A stretch of DNA of 64,000 nucleotides from an uncultured Nitrososphaerota archaeon (GTDB lineage: Archaea > Thermoproteota > Nitrososphaeria > Conexivisphaerales > DTJL01): contig CAWJIE010000005.1 of NCBI GenBank assembly GCA_963842885.1, positions 32,001 to 96,000 of the forward strand, written 5' to 3'. The notes under the pieces are model-generated. The model worked only from the letters and a program-made list of their open reading frames with translations. It had not been told where the DNA came from and made no database searches. Positions 40,019 through 50,799 of this stretch are shown in pieces (the stretch's first letter is position 1; each line of letters begins with the position of its first letter). Both the position numbers and the translations under genes were made by a program.

Positions 40019-40106
40019 GACATGGTGATATCTGGTTCAACCTTCAAAAGCGTTTCTTCAACACTGCGCTTATCTAGACGGGCGCTGCAATTAGAGTGAT
40101 ATTCCC

Positions 40107-40199
40107 ATGTCGGAGGATGACCTCTCCAAGGCTCAGCTGAGAAAGAAGAAGGCCAGGCGGAGGACCCGGGGCCCCTACAGGAAGTCGGCCGTCGCCTAG
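40107..40199 (+). CDS. 30-aa basic microprotein MSEDDLSKAQLRKKKARRRTRGPYRKSAVA
   Basis: ATG with upstream GAGTGAT SD-like sequence, host-like codon use, fills the intergenic gap; below the 60-aa track cutoff. Confidence 0.65.
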   Translation: MSEDDLSKAQLRKKKARRRTRGPYRKSAVA

Positions 40200-40201
40200 C
40201 G

Positions 40202-40528
40202 CTAGAACTTGACGTAGACGTCGTCGCCGCGGACTGACGTTTCATATGAGGGAGCCTGCTCGATGGAGGAGGGGTCGCCATCGTCCGGGCCCAAGAGCAC
40301 CTTTCCGCTCCTCACGTCGAACTCTGCACCGTGCTCGGGACACGTCAGAAGGTACTCTTTCAGGGTGCCCGCGGAGAGGTCTCCCTGCGCATGGGTGCAC
40401 CAGTTGTAGATGGCGTAGAAATTGCCTTCTACGTTGATGAGGACGATCTCCTTTCCATTTACGTTGAAGTACTTCTTCCCGCCCATCGGGACTTCCGCCG
40501 TTGAGCACACCTTCTCATATCCGGCCAA
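40202..40528 (-). CDS. Rieske [2Fe-2S] ferredoxin
   Basis: CTH...CPEHG..FD. Confidence 0.9.
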   Translation of the reverse strand: MAGYEKVCSTAEVPMGGKKYFNVNGKEIVLINVEGNFYAIYNWCTHAQGDLSAGTLKEYLLTCPEHGAEFDVRSGKVLLGPDDGDPSSIEQAPSYETSVRGDDVYVKF

Positions 40529-40638
40529 GCGATTTCGCCTTCGAAGGAACGGACTGGGACCGCTTATACGCATTACCGCTGTCGCCCCCAGCAAATTGGG
40601 GTCCACCTTTATACCGGAAGGCGTCTCGTGATTTGACC

Positions 40639-40935
40639 ATGGAAAGATGGAAGCTCGAATGCCCCAAGTGTGGCGAGAAGGCGATGGTGGAGCTCGGCTC
40701 CTATTCGAGTGACCAGTCCTACAGCGACCTGAACGAAGACTTCGCCCTGTTCAGGGTCTTCACTTGCCCCGTGCACAGGGGATGGGTCCACCGGAACATC
40801 AGCGATAGGGCGTTCGACGGTTCCTGCGGCATGGACGGAGGGAAGTTGCAGGACTTCGATATGAGGTCCGGGAGATGCCCGAGATGTGGCGCTGCGATTT
40901 TAAGCACGAAACTCGAGGACCAGCAGGTGGAGTGA
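40639..40935 (+). CDS. Zn-ribbon hypothetical protein
   Basis: CPKC, CPVH, CPRC; abuts aconitase start. Confidence 0.7.
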   Translation: MERWKLECPKCGEKAMVELGSYSSDQSYSDLNEDFALFRVFTCPVHRGWVHRNISDRAFDGSCGMDGGKLQDFDMRSGRCPRCGAAILSTKLEDQQVE

Positions 40936-42870
40936 ATGGGAAAACCTCTCGCCCGCAAGATAATCGAAAGCCATCTGGCTGACGGCAGGCCAGAGGCCGG
41001 CAGCGAGATTGGGATCAAGGTGGACAGGGCGTTGATGCAGGACGCCACAGGCACCATGGCCTGCCTCCAGTTCGAGGCGCTGGACATACCGAGGGTTCGA
41101 AACGAGCTTTCCATCATCTACGTAGACCACAACACATTGCAGGTGGGCTACGAGAACCCGGACGACCACAAGTTCCTCGAGACCTTCGGGGCGAAGTACG
41201 GCATCTACTTCTCCAAGCCCGGCAACGGCATCTGCCACCAGGTGAACCTGGAGCGGTTCTCGGTGCCAGGGAAGACGCTCCTGGGCTCCGACAGTCACAC
41301 CCCAACATCCGGAGGCGCCGGGATGCTGGCCATCGGCGTAGGCGGCCTGGATGTCGCCGTCGCCATGGGCGGGGCCCCCTTCTACTTCAAGATGCCAAAG
41401 GTCGTCGGCGTCAAGCTGACGGGGAGCCTGAAGCCCTGGGTCTCCACCAAGGACGTCATACTTGAGATGCTGCGTCGCCTCACTGTAAAGGGCGGGCTCG
41501 GAAGGATCTTCGAGTACTACGGGCCCGGGGTGTCCACGATCCCCGTGCCCGCAAGGTCAACCGTCACGAACATGGGAGCGGAGCTGGGAGCCACCACCTC
41601 CATCTTCCCGTCGGACGAGGTGACGCTGGATTACTTCAGGCGTCAAGGGAGGGAGGGAGACTGGGTTCCAATGCTGCCCGACCAGGACGCCGTCTACGAC
41701 GAGAACATCGAGATAGACCTCGGCTCCTTGGAGCCCATGATCGCGTGCCCAGGGGCCCCCGACAACGTCAAGAAGGTTTCAGAGGTGGAGGGCACGAAGG
41801 CGCAGCAGGTGCTCATCGGCTCGTGCACCAACTCCAGCTTCCAAGACCTCATGGTCGTCGCCGCCGCTTTGAAAGGCAGGAAGGTCGACCCCCACGTGAC
41901 CATGGCCGTCAACCCCGGCTCCCGCCAGGTCCTCACCACGGTCGAGGAGCACGGAGGGCTCTCCAGCATAGTGCTCTCCGGCGCCCGACTTCTCGAGAAC
42001 GCCTGCAACGGCTGCATCGGCATGGGCTCTGCGCCGGGCACCGACTGGGTGACCGTCCGGTCGTTCAACAGGAACTGGCCCGGAAGGAGCGGAACGGTCG
42101 ACGACAAGGTCTATCTCACCAGCCCCGAGGTCTGCGTCGCGACGGCGCTCTACGGCGAGATCACGGACCCGAGGAAGCTGGGCGAGTACCCACGCATCGA
42201 ATGGCCCGAGCACTTCGTGATCGATGACTCCATGGTCCTCCCGCCGGCGCCACCGAACTCCGAGGTCTCGGTCATCAGGGGCCCCAACATCAAGCCGCTC
42301 CCCCGAAGGGGACCACTCGAGCATTCACTTCAGGGAGAGGTGCTCATCAAGGTGGGCGACAACATCAGCACCGACGCCATCATGCCTGCCGGCGCCAAGA
42401 TCCTCCCCCTCCGCAGCAACATCCCCGCCATAAGCGAATACGTGTTCGCTTGGATCGACCCGGGCTTCGTCAAGAGGGCGCAGGAGAAGCACGGCGGCTT
42501 CATCGTAGGCGGTGGCAATTACGGTCAGGGCTCCAGCCGGGAGCACGCCGCGCTCGCGCCCATGTATCTCGGCGTCAAGGCGGTCATCGCTAAGTCGTTC
42601 GCGAGGATTCACAGGGCGAACCTGATCAACTTCGGCATCCTCCCGCTCGATTTCGTCGACCAGTCGGACTACGACAATCTGACCATGGGCTCAGTCCTGA
42701 GCATCGAGGGAGTCCCGGAGGCGCTGGCTCGCGGCGACAGGGTCCTGAGCGTCGTGCACCCCGGAGGTCGCTTCGACGTCAAGGCCGACTTCACATCCAG
42801 GGACAGGGAGATCCTCGTCGACGGGGGCCTGCTCAACTACACCAAGGGGAAGTTCTCCGCCGCTCAGTGA
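40936..42870 (+). CDS. Aconitate hydratase (single chain)
   Basis: QDATG, DHN, GICHQ, DSHT, GSCTN, CNGC, NRN, GQGSSREHA. Confidence 0.93.
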   Translation: MGKPLARKIIESHLADGRPEAGSEIGIKVDRALMQDATGTMACLQFEALDIPRVRNELSIIYVDHNTLQVGYENPDDHKFLETFGAKYGIYFSKPGNGICHQVNLERFSVPGKTLLGSDSHTPTSGGAGMLAIGVGGLDVAVAMGGAPFYFKMPKVVGVKLTGSLKPWVSTKDVILEMLRRLTVKGGLGRIFEYYGPGVSTIPVPARSTVTNMGAELGATTSIFPSDEVTLDYFRRQGREGDWVPMLPDQDAVYDENIEIDLGSLEPMIACPGAPDNVKKVSEVEGTKAQQVLIGSCTNSSFQDLMVVAAALKGRKVDPHVTMAVNPGSRQVLTTVEEHGGLSSIVLSGARLLENACNGCIGMGSAPGTDWVTVRSFNRNWPGRSGTVDDKVYLTSPEVCVATALYGEITDPRKLGEYPRIEWPEHFVIDDSMVLPPAPPNSEVSVIRGPNIKPLPRRGPLEHSLQGEVLIKVGDNISTDAIMPAGAKILPLRSNIPAISEYVFAWIDPGFVKRAQEKHGGFIVGGGNYGQGSSREHAALAPMYLGVKAVIAKSFARIHRANLINFGILPLDFVDQSDYDNLTMGSVLSIEGVPEALARGDRVLSVVHPGGRFDVKADFTSRDREILVDGGLLNYTKGKFSAAQ

Positions 42871-43017
42871 GGACCCGTGTGGCGATGACCTGTGAAGCCT
42901 TGAATCTCCCAGGGGTCTCCTTCTTCGTACAGAAGCTGTGGCGAACGCAGCCTTGCAATCGCGGCTCGCCTAGAAACCTTTCGTGAGGCAAGAGCGCTTT
43001 AATACGGGGCGGCCTCC

Positions 43018-44207
43018 ATGGCGGCAGGGTTTAGCTTGAAAGCCGTCGTCCTTGGCGCCGGCAGCATAGGGGGCGTCATAGCGAGAGACTTCGCTTGGGG
43101 GATGCCGTCGTGGGAGGTAGTGTCCGCCGACCTCGACATCGCCAGGGCCAAGTGGGTCGTGTCACGGTACCGAGGCGAGAACCTCTCCCCCGCTCGGTTG
43201 GATGTCGGGCGCAGAGAGGAGTTGGCTTCCTTCGTACGAGGCTTCGACTTGGTCATAGGCGCCCTGCCCGGAAGCGAAGGTTTCGCCGCGGCTCGGGCGT
43301 GCGTCGATGCCGGAAGGGACTTGGTCGACGTCTCCTTCTCCCCTGAGGATCCCTTCCTCCTCAAGGAGGAAGCCGCCAGGAAGGGCGTTATGATAGTCCC
43401 AGACTGCGGCGTGGCGCCCGGGCTGAGCAACATCCTCGTGGGTCACGCCGTCTCCCAGCTCGACGTCGTCGAGAGCGTCCATGTCATGGTGGGGGGACTC
43501 CCCGTCAAGCCCGTCCCGCCGCTGGGCTACGTCATCACATGGTCCGTGGAGGGGCTCATCGACGAGTACACCAGGAAGGCGCGCATCATCGAAGACGGCG
43601 TGAACAAAGAGGTGGACGCCCTGACGGGGGTCGAGAGGATCGACTTCCCCGGTGTCGGCCCGCTCGACGCCTTCTACACCGACGGCGCGAGGACGCTGTT
43701 CCGGACGGTGGGGCCGGTGAAGAGCATGTGGGAGAAGACCCTCCGCTATCCCGGGCATGTGGACGCCGTGAAGATGATGAGAGACATAGGTCTGTTCGAC
43801 TCGGCGCCGCTTGACCTGGAGGGTGTCAACGTCGCCCCTCGCCAGGTCGCCGCCAGGCTTCTCGAAAGCCTTCTCAGGGTGCCCGGAGCCGAAGATCTCG
43901 TCGCCATGAAGGTTATTGTGGAGGGCGTCAAGTCTGGGAAAGGAGTGCGGCTTGCCTATTCGCTTCTTGACTACTACGACAGGAGCACGGGCACGACCGC
44001 GATGGCCAGGACGACGGCCTATACCGCCTCCGTGGTCGCCCAATTGGTGGCGGGCGGGTTCATCACAGGAGAAGGGTCTGGTGACCCCCGAAGAGCTCGG
44101 GCATGAAACCGAGGGTATTCGACCGCCTCCTTCTTGACCTGAAGGCCACGGCTAACAATCGACTGAAACATCGTGACCCGCCAGCCGGCCGTCGGCTCGG
44201 CGTCTGA
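43018..44207 (+). CDS. Saccharopine/lysine 6-dehydrogenase family; C-terminus frameshifted, end uncertain
   Basis: GAGSIG, DCGVAPGLSN, WS.EGLIDEY, KTLRYPGH, AMARTTAY. Confidence 0.85.
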
Positions 44208-44263
44208 GCAGGGCTCGACTCCGCAGACTGGTCCGTGGGGAGGTCGATAGAAGAGGGCTCGCG

Positions 44264-44503
44264 ATGCATCTTGTGGCCTACATCAAGTGCCGTGAATGTG
44301 GAGAATACGTTTCGGTGAGACCGCAGCTCTACAACCCGCACGTCGACAACGACGTCAACACCCTGCTCTTCAGGAGTTTTCATCGCCATTGTATCGACAG
44401 GCGTCATCTCCTGGGCGAGGGGGACTCCTCATATCTCATCGAGTTCGCTGACTACAGGCTGGAAGCCCTGCCGCCTGAGGCGACGATGCTTGACAGAGAC
44501 TGA
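44264..44503 (+). CDS. Small Cys/His hypothetical protein
   Basis: CREC...HRHC; clean ORF. Confidence 0.5.
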   Translation: MHLVAYIKCRECGEYVSVRPQLYNPHVDNDVNTLLFRSFHRHCIDRRHLLGEGDSSYLIEFADYRLEALPPEATMLDRD

Positions 44504-44996
44504 TGCGATCAAGTCGTCGTCGTTCCTTGGGAGGTCGCTTTGCCGGTTGGGGCCTCCAGGCGGACCGCCTCGGCTGAATGCGTAGGCTCCGATCAGGAGG
44601 AGGCCCGCGACGGCGGCCACGTAGAGTCCCGAATCGAAACTGATATCCATGACTGCGGATGGGCTGAGGAACAGGGCCAGCCATATGCCCACGGTCGATC
44701 ATCACAAGGCACCCTGCAATCAAGGAGAGCCAGCGTCGCCACCAGGAGATGATTGACAGGACCATCCCTGAGAGGTAGGTTACGACGGAGAGCAGGCTCC
44801 CGGTGAACAACAGGTAGCTCGTTACGTTCACCGGGGCGTGCGCGAAAGGGAGATTGGCCAGGAGCACCATCCAATAGAGAGGGGAGTTCTCGTAGGTGGC
44901 ACCGCCTGACATGCCTGAGACCCAGTCGAAAACCAACGCTATCTCCATCAGGACGAACCCGAATACCACGAAGGTGTCGCTGAGCTCCTTATTCAA
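44429..44996 (-). CDS. Hypothetical membrane protein, frameshift near 44692
   Basis: Hydrophobic segments continue across two frames. Confidence 0.5.
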
Positions 44997-45166
44997 CGTC
45001 GCAAGATGGAAAGGTCGAAGTTATCAACGCTTGCACAGAAGTGGTCGACGAGCATGTACGTCGTGGCGGCTTCTGAGCATCTGTCAACGGGGACCCAGAA
45101 CCAGGCGAAGTCGAGGGGTTTATATTTTCGCAGAATGGTTGCAACAATCCTCCGAGAGACCATTTC

Positions 45167-46087
45167 TTGAGCCGAGAAGCCTTGCTCGCCATCATCATAG
45201 CAGGGCTCATCCTGCTCAACGGGCTCACCTTCATAATGGCCTATCCTGAGACGTTGGTCGTGGACGGAGGTTGCTGCTCGAGCCGGCCCCTGGCGAAGGA
45301 CTTCTCGGCCTACTACGTCGGGGCCTGGAGGCTGCTCAACGACCCAGCCCAGCTCTACACCAAGGGGGCCGTGAACGACGGCGGCCCCGTGATCCTTCCC
45401 GCCCCAGAATCCTACAAGTACACGCCCTCCTTCCTGTTGCTCGTTTCGCCGCTGCTGCTGGCAGGATACCAGGAGGCGCTCCTGGTCTTCGACCTCCTCC
45501 AGTTCCTCCTTCTCCCCTTGATCGCCCTCCTCCTCTATTGGCTGCTCAAGGGCGAGAGCACCCTGGTGGTCGGGTTCGTCATGGTGCTGGTCCTGTTGCA
45601 GCCGTCGCCGCTTCCCCACTGGGGGCTGTCGGTCAGCTACTACTGGCAGTGGGCCGAGGGTCAGGCCAAGGTCCTGGAGACCTTCCTCCTGCTGCTCTCC
45701 TTCTTCCTAGGCAGAGCCGGGAGGCCGAAGCTCTCCGGCGCCGTCTTAGCCCTCGGGGCATTCGATCCCCGTTTTGCGGCCCTCGGCATCCCGCTCTTCC
45801 TGCTCTTCAACAGGAGCCGCCTCTCGGCGTCGTCTCTGGCTGCCTGTGCTTCCTTTGTGGTGCTGAACGTTCCGCTGCTGTATCCTCCCGTGGGCGCCGG
45901 GTTCGTCGCGATGATATTCACATCTGGCGTCTCCACGCCGCTCTACTACTACTCCCTGATCCCCCTGGCAGCCCTCCTGTCCCTATACGCCGTGAACAGG
46001 AAGGAGCTGGTTTCAGTTGTCAGGTCCTGGCTCAGGGCCAAGCCTAAGGAGCCCGTCACCCCGCATGGAGCATCCGCTCCCCGTTAG
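45167..46087 (+). CDS. GT87/DUF2029-type membrane glycosyltransferase
   Basis: DFSAYY, LY, YKYTP.F, EGQ motifs; multi-TM. Confidence 0.75.
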   Translation: MSREALLAIIIAGLILLNGLTFIMAYPETLVVDGGCCSSRPLAKDFSAYYVGAWRLLNDPAQLYTKGAVNDGGPVILPAPESYKYTPSFLLLVSPLLLAGYQEALLVFDLLQFLLLPLIALLLYWLLKGESTLVVGFVMVLVLLQPSPLPHWGLSVSYYWQWAEGQAKVLETFLLLLSFFLGRAGRPKLSGAVLALGAFDPRFAALGIPLFLLFNRSRLSASSLAACASFVVLNVPLLYPPVGAGFVAMIFTSGVSTPLYYYSLIPLAALLSLYAVNRKELVSVVRSWLRAKPKEPVTPHGASAPR

Positions 46088-46179
46088 TCGACGATCGAGT
46101 TCCTCAGACTCCCTTGGGGGCCAGTCTCCGTTGAAAGGATATTAGCCCCCTCCGGGGTTGCCCATGATGGTGCGTTAGG

Positions 46180-47157
46180 ACGAACTATCGTAGATTGGGC
46201 AGCGCGGGTATCAAGCTGAGCGAGTTGTCACTGGGCGCGTGGGTGACTTATGGAGGTCAGGTCGGAGAGGAGGTCGCCCTGAAGTGCATGTCGGCGGCAC
46301 ACGATGCGGGTGTCAACTTCTTCGACAACGCTGAGGCGTATGCCCACGGCAATGCGGAGGTGGTCATGGGAAAAGTCTTGAAGAAGCTGGGCTGGCCGAG
46401 GGAGAGCTTCGTCGTCTCCAGCAAAGTGTTCTGGGGAGGGGACGGCCCAAACGACAGGGGCCTATCCCACAAGCACATCTTCGAAGCCTGCAACAGGTCT
46501 CTCAAGCGACTTCAGGTGGACTACCTGGACCTGTTCTACTGCCACCGGCCTGACCCGAACACCCCCATCGAGGAGACGGTCAGGGCCATGGACAACCTCG
46601 TTCACCAGGGGAAGATACTCTACTGGGGGACTTCCGAATGGACAGCCCCCGACATCATGCGAGCCTACGGCCTTGCCCGCGAGCTTGGCCTCACACCTCC
46701 TCAGATGGAGCAGCCGCAGTACAACATGGTCCACCGCGACAGGGTGGAGGTGGAGTACCTCCCTCTCTACCGGGAAATCGGGCTGGGAACAACCATCTGG
46801 AGCCCACTGGCGTCGGGGCTGCTCAGCGGGAAGTACAATGAAGGCGTGCCCGCCGGGTCGAGGGCGACGCTAGAAGGGTACGAATGGCTCAAGGAACGCA
46901 TCCTCTCCCCCCAGAGGATCGAGAAGGTCTTGCAGCTGAAGCCGATCGCGGAGGAGCTGGACTGCACTCTCGCCCAGCTGGCCATCGCCTGGTGCCTGAA
47001 GAACCCGAACGTCAGCTCCGTGATCACCGGCGCCAGCAAGCCGGAGCAGGTCGTCGAGAACATGAAGGCCGTGGAGGTCGCGCCCAAGCTCACTGCAGGA
47101 GTGGTGGAGCGCATAGACACGATCCTGGGTAACAAGCCCCAACCCCTCGGCGGCTAG
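46180..47157 (+). CDS. Aldo/keto reductase (Kv-beta-like)
   Basis: [46 protein letters not shown]. Confidence 0.93.
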   Translation, partial: TNYRRLGSAGIKLSELSLGAWVTYGGQVGEEVALKCMSAAHDAGVNFFDNAEAYAHGNAEVVMGKVLKKLGWPRESFVVSSKVFWGGDGPNDRGLSHKHIFEACNRSLKRLQVDYLDLFYCHRPDPNTPIEETVRAMDNLVHQGKILYWGTSEWTAPDIMRAYGLARELGLTPPQMEQPQYNMVHRDRVEVEYLPLYREIGLGTTIWSPLASGLLSGKYNEGVPAGSRATLEGYEWLKERILSPQRIEKVLQLKPIAEELDCTLAQLAIAWCLKNPNVSSVITGASKPEQVVENMKAVEVAPKLTAGVVERIDTILGNKPQPLGG

Positions 47158-47358
47158 GTGCCGACCGCATCGCTTCCGATGAATCACGAGGGCACTCGTC
47201 AAGAGCCAGTCCTAGGGACGGAAGGTTTCGATTCCGCGTAGATCAACGGAGCGAAGGCCAACGACCGGACATCGACGCAGGATCGCCTTAGCAACTTGGC
47301 CCGCATAGCCGTGAAGAACGTCGACCGAACCGCTCCATCCAGACATCCGCCCGGCAGC

Positions 47359-47732
47359 TCACTGCGGGGCCACGACGCTCCTTTTCAGGTCGGATATGGT
47401 CACGAGTTCCTTCAGGGAGCTGAGGAGAGAGCCGTCGTCGGACTGTTCCCTATCCTCCCATTCAAAGACGACCAAGCCATATACGTAGAACGGCTGCATC
47501 GCGGCCGGAACCGCGCCTCTCGTCCGCTTTATTTCGGCCCTGAAGAGGGAAATCAGCCTGCTCGGATCAATCTTGTCGTCAGCTCTGACGGTAAGCCTGC
47601 AGCCGCCCACAGAGGTGTCCGTGTATTCCGTCTCTTCCTCATCGAGTTCCTCACCCATTGTCTGAGCCTTCAGGTGCTCCAGCTTCAGAAGGACCCAGAG
47701 TCCGTCGCGTGATTGGGCCTCGACCTGATTCA
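47359..47732 (-). CDS. Hypothetical protein
   Basis: Protein-like ORF (DGLWVLLKLEHL...); start uncertain. Confidence 0.5.
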
Positions 47733-47875
47733 TTTGGCCATCCCGTAGGCCTCCAGTGCATTTAAGCGTTAGAAACAGCCTGACCGTTATGGGATACGTT
47801 TTCGGGAACACTACGACACAAGAGGACCCCCCAGTCTGATGACCTGGCCACGCGGCAAGGGAGTAGGGCACGCCA

Positions 47876-48493
47876 ATGCGCTTTATGCGGCCGCAGGAAC
47901 AGTTGACGTTCCAGGGTCAACCTACGCCGACTGCCAGTCTAGCCAGGGAGAAGAAGCCTAGACGCTTGGAGGCCACAGCCAATGTCAGAGATGTGTTCCC
48001 CCACCAGGTTCTTGAGTTCCAAGTGGATGCCGCACGAGTGGAAGTAACCTTTGGCGAGTTCCGGAGGAAGGTCGATTTGAGGATGATGCAGAACAAGCCA
48101 GGCGTGACTTACGATGAGCTGATGAATGTGTTGGGGAGAGCCTTTGCGCTGATAACACAGAAGCACGGCCGGGTGGTCGAGCCGGCGGAGTTCAATGTCG
48201 TCGGCCTCCATCTTAGCATAGACTTCTTGCACCTCAAGCTGGAAGGCCTCAAGGCTGTCACGCTGCAGGATATGGAGCCATGGCTGCTGCGCCTATACAA
48301 TAAAGGAGATACCCTCCGAAGTGAAGTGGTGCTCAAGGGAGGGGCAGCTCCGCTAGACAAGGCCATAGCACTCATGGGCCAAAGCTTCCAGAACCGCAGA
48401 ATTCTAGGGGAAATCCTTGAGCGCGTAAAAAGCATAGGGCCGATGCAAGAGCGACCTGTTCGTGTCGACGAGGTTAAACCCGAACCGCATTAA
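47876..48493 (+). CDS. Putative Rep_trans-like replication initiator of an integrated element
   Basis: LHLSIDF and LRLYNKG..LRSE resemble the Rep_trans 'RLDLAID' and 'RIY.K...R.E' motifs. Confidence 0.45.
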   Translation: MRFMRPQEQLTFQGQPTPTASLAREKKPRRLEATANVRDVFPHQVLEFQVDAARVEVTFGEFRRKVDLRMMQNKPGVTYDELMNVLGRAFALITQKHGRVVEPAEFNVVGLHLSIDFLHLKLEGLKAVTLQDMEPWLLRLYNKGDTLRSEVVLKGGAAPLDKAIALMGQSFQNRRILGEILERVKSIGPMQERPVRVDEVKPEPH

Positions 48494-48765
48494 ACCAGAA
48501 CAGCTGACGTTCAGAAAGCTGTCGCAAAGACCCGATGACACGCCGAACAGTTGCCCGAGAGGCGTCGAGTTGGGTGTCGGTCCTTGGGCAGGCTGGGTGT
48601 CGCCTGGGTGTCGGAGGGTTTCGCTGTGGTTTCCTTGCTTGACTCTTGGGTTGCTGGCGTGGAGGGGGTGTGGAAGGTGTGGAAGGTTGTGTGCGAGACT
48701 GTGCAGGGGGTGTGCGGGGTGTGATTTCCTGTGATTTCTGCACAGGGCCTTGTGTGGGGTTCACC
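48474..48765 (+). repeat. Iteron-like repeats and G/T-skewed tract
   Basis: TTAAACC.GAAC x2, GAACAG(C/T)TG x3 (one at 47898), GTGTGGAAG x2, GTGATTTC x2. Confidence 0.6.
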
Positions 48766-49572
48766 TTGTAGCCACCGAGCATTACCACTTGAAGGGATGA
48801 TATAGGGCCGTCTGTGATGGTCCAGCGTGTCGCACACTTTTTCACTGTGCGCCGCACGTTTTATCACACACAAACAACACTTTGACTCCACATGGTAGGC
48901 TGCTGGCGTGCAAGGGCCGTGCAGAAAACAGGCTAATGACGAGCAGAAGAATTGGTCTGCTGGTGGTCTGGTGGGCCTCCAGCCGTGTCAAAAGTGGTGG
49001 AAGAGCGTGGAAGAACGTGCGAGCTTTGTGGAAGAGCGATCCCACATCTCAGACATAGGGAGCTTCTGCCTCGACAACTACACCACCATCGGCAGAAAAT
49101 TGAGGTCGACGACATTCTTGCGACGAAGAAGGCTGCTGAGGAGGGCCTTTCCGAGGTGATTCACACCAGGAACTTGGTCGACGCAGCGATTATCTCTGGA
49201 ACCGACAGAATGGAAGCTCTAAGCGCCAAGTTGCGAGCCACGGAAGACGCTGCTCGCTGCCACGAACAACACCCTCTGGGTTGTGACGATCAAGTGGCCT
49301 CCTCTGGCCTGCACCTGTCCTGGTATGAGCATAGAAAGCTCGCTATATGACGCCCATGTGAACACGGTCTCACCAGGCTGCCACATCACTGATAGTCCCC
49401 GGGGGTAAGCCAAGCCGTGTGAATTAGCCTCCAAATCAATATTAAACGGTTTGCGTCGGCGTCGTCTGGATACCCCTCCCTGCCTGTCAACGGGCGTTCT
49501 CCCAAAGTGCGCTGGGCGTGCATGTGGCAGTCATCTAAGCCGCTGGCGTTTGGTCCTTGGCTGGTGAACTTG

Positions 49573-49767
49573 ATGGGTAAAGGAGGACGTGGTCACCGAG
49601 GTCATCACCCGAGCCCGAACGATCAGCGTTCAAGTGCGAAGAACCCGACGAGCCATGAACACACAGCTACGGTGGACAACAGAAGCGCCCAGCTCAATCC
49701 GACGAGTCCAGAATACAAAGGACCAGCTCCAAGCAAGGGCAACGACCAAGGAAGCAGCGACGACTGA
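49573..49767 (+). CDS. Small hydrophilic protein with duplicated D.RS...NPTS motif
   Basis: NDQRSSAKNPTS / VDNRSAQLNPTS; GGTGA SD. Confidence 0.6.
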   Translation: MGKGGRGHRGHHPSPNDQRSSAKNPTSHEHTATVDNRSAQLNPTSPEYKGPAPSKGNDQGSSDD

Positions 49768-49935
49768 CTTTGGGATTATCTCCGCTCTATCACGCAAGGT
49801 CTTTTTTGTAATTGCAACTCCCAGTCTGGCCAAGCCGACGTCGTCTTGACCAGTCGGACCAGTCTTTATTGGGTTGTCGTCGTGCCATTCTCCTTATAAT
49901 CGCTCCAATCAGTAGACAAGCTAGGGTAGTCACCC

Positions 49936-50619
49936 ATGGCCGGATACAAACGTGTCTCGGACTACGCAGAGTTCAAAGGGAGGTCAGAGAGGTATCATGA
50001 AATCGTCCCCTTGGAATACACCGAACGGTACTGTTCCGTCTACAGGGCACTCCATCGAAATGGGAGACGGCCCTTGGACATGAAGGAAGTGGTCCTCCTC
50101 TTGGACGATTATCTGATTAGATGGGGTGGAATGACCAGAGTCTTTGGCAGCCACAGCAGCGACGAGTTGCGGTCCAACCTGCTGAGAACGCTTGCAGGAC
50201 AGACTCAAAGAATGACTTCGCTCGAGGAGAAATCCATTGATCGGGTAAGCTTCACCGACCTAGCGAACATCGAGGAGTTGTTCGACATCGTGGCGAATGT
50301 CAGATTCAAGTCGAAATCTGGGCTGCGGACAAGACGGTTGGCAGCTACGGCAACGGGCAAGATGCTTCATATGCTTATTCCCGAATGCTGCGTAATCTGG
50401 GACCAGAAAGTGGTTAGGGATGTCCAGGGCTACGATGACGATGCCAAAGGTTATCGCCAATACATCGAGGACAAGAGGTCGGAGCTTCTGGCAGTTACTA
50501 GGAACAAGAGCATCGCGAAGATTGAGGCGGAACATGCGGGCTACCTCAGGTCGGTGGGGATCACGAAACCCTACGAACCTATAACTAAGATGCTAGATGA
50601 AGTGAACTATCAGGTCTGA
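49936..50619 (+). CDS. Hypothetical protein, HhH/DUF6308-like
   Basis: T.TGK.LH.L.P....IWD..V motif; foreign codon use. Confidence 0.6.
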   Translation: MAGYKRVSDYAEFKGRSERYHEIVPLEYTERYCSVYRALHRNGRRPLDMKEVVLLLDDYLIRWGGMTRVFGSHSSDELRSNLLRTLAGQTQRMTSLEEKSIDRVSFTDLANIEELFDIVANVRFKSKSGLRTRRLAATATGKMLHMLIPECCVIWDQKVVRDVQGYDDDAKGYRQYIEDKRSELLAVTRNKSIAKIEAEHAGYLRSVGITKPYEPITKMLDEVNYQV

Positions 50620-50799
50620 TTCCGGGCGAGCAAGCTGACCGTCTAGCAGCGCCTTGTCCAAGTAGCGTGCACGAGCCGAGTCCTCTTTCAGAATCAGATT
50701 TGGTTCTTATCCTGCTGGCGGTGAGTCAACCTTGTAAGGAGCACAGGACCTGAACCCTACGGGGTATGAACTCCTTCGGGCCCGCCAGCGCAGCCTGTG

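Larger units (their letters stand above)
47800..50790. mobile_element. Decayed integrated element / foreign block
   Basis: Lower GC3, ORF fragments, Rep-like gene, repeat tract, tRNA-3'-like relic at right edge. Confidence 0.45.

Noticed and set aside
48890-49350. IS1-like transposase remnant (FCLDNY)
   Set aside because: Single weak motif, no terminal inverted repeats; unsupported
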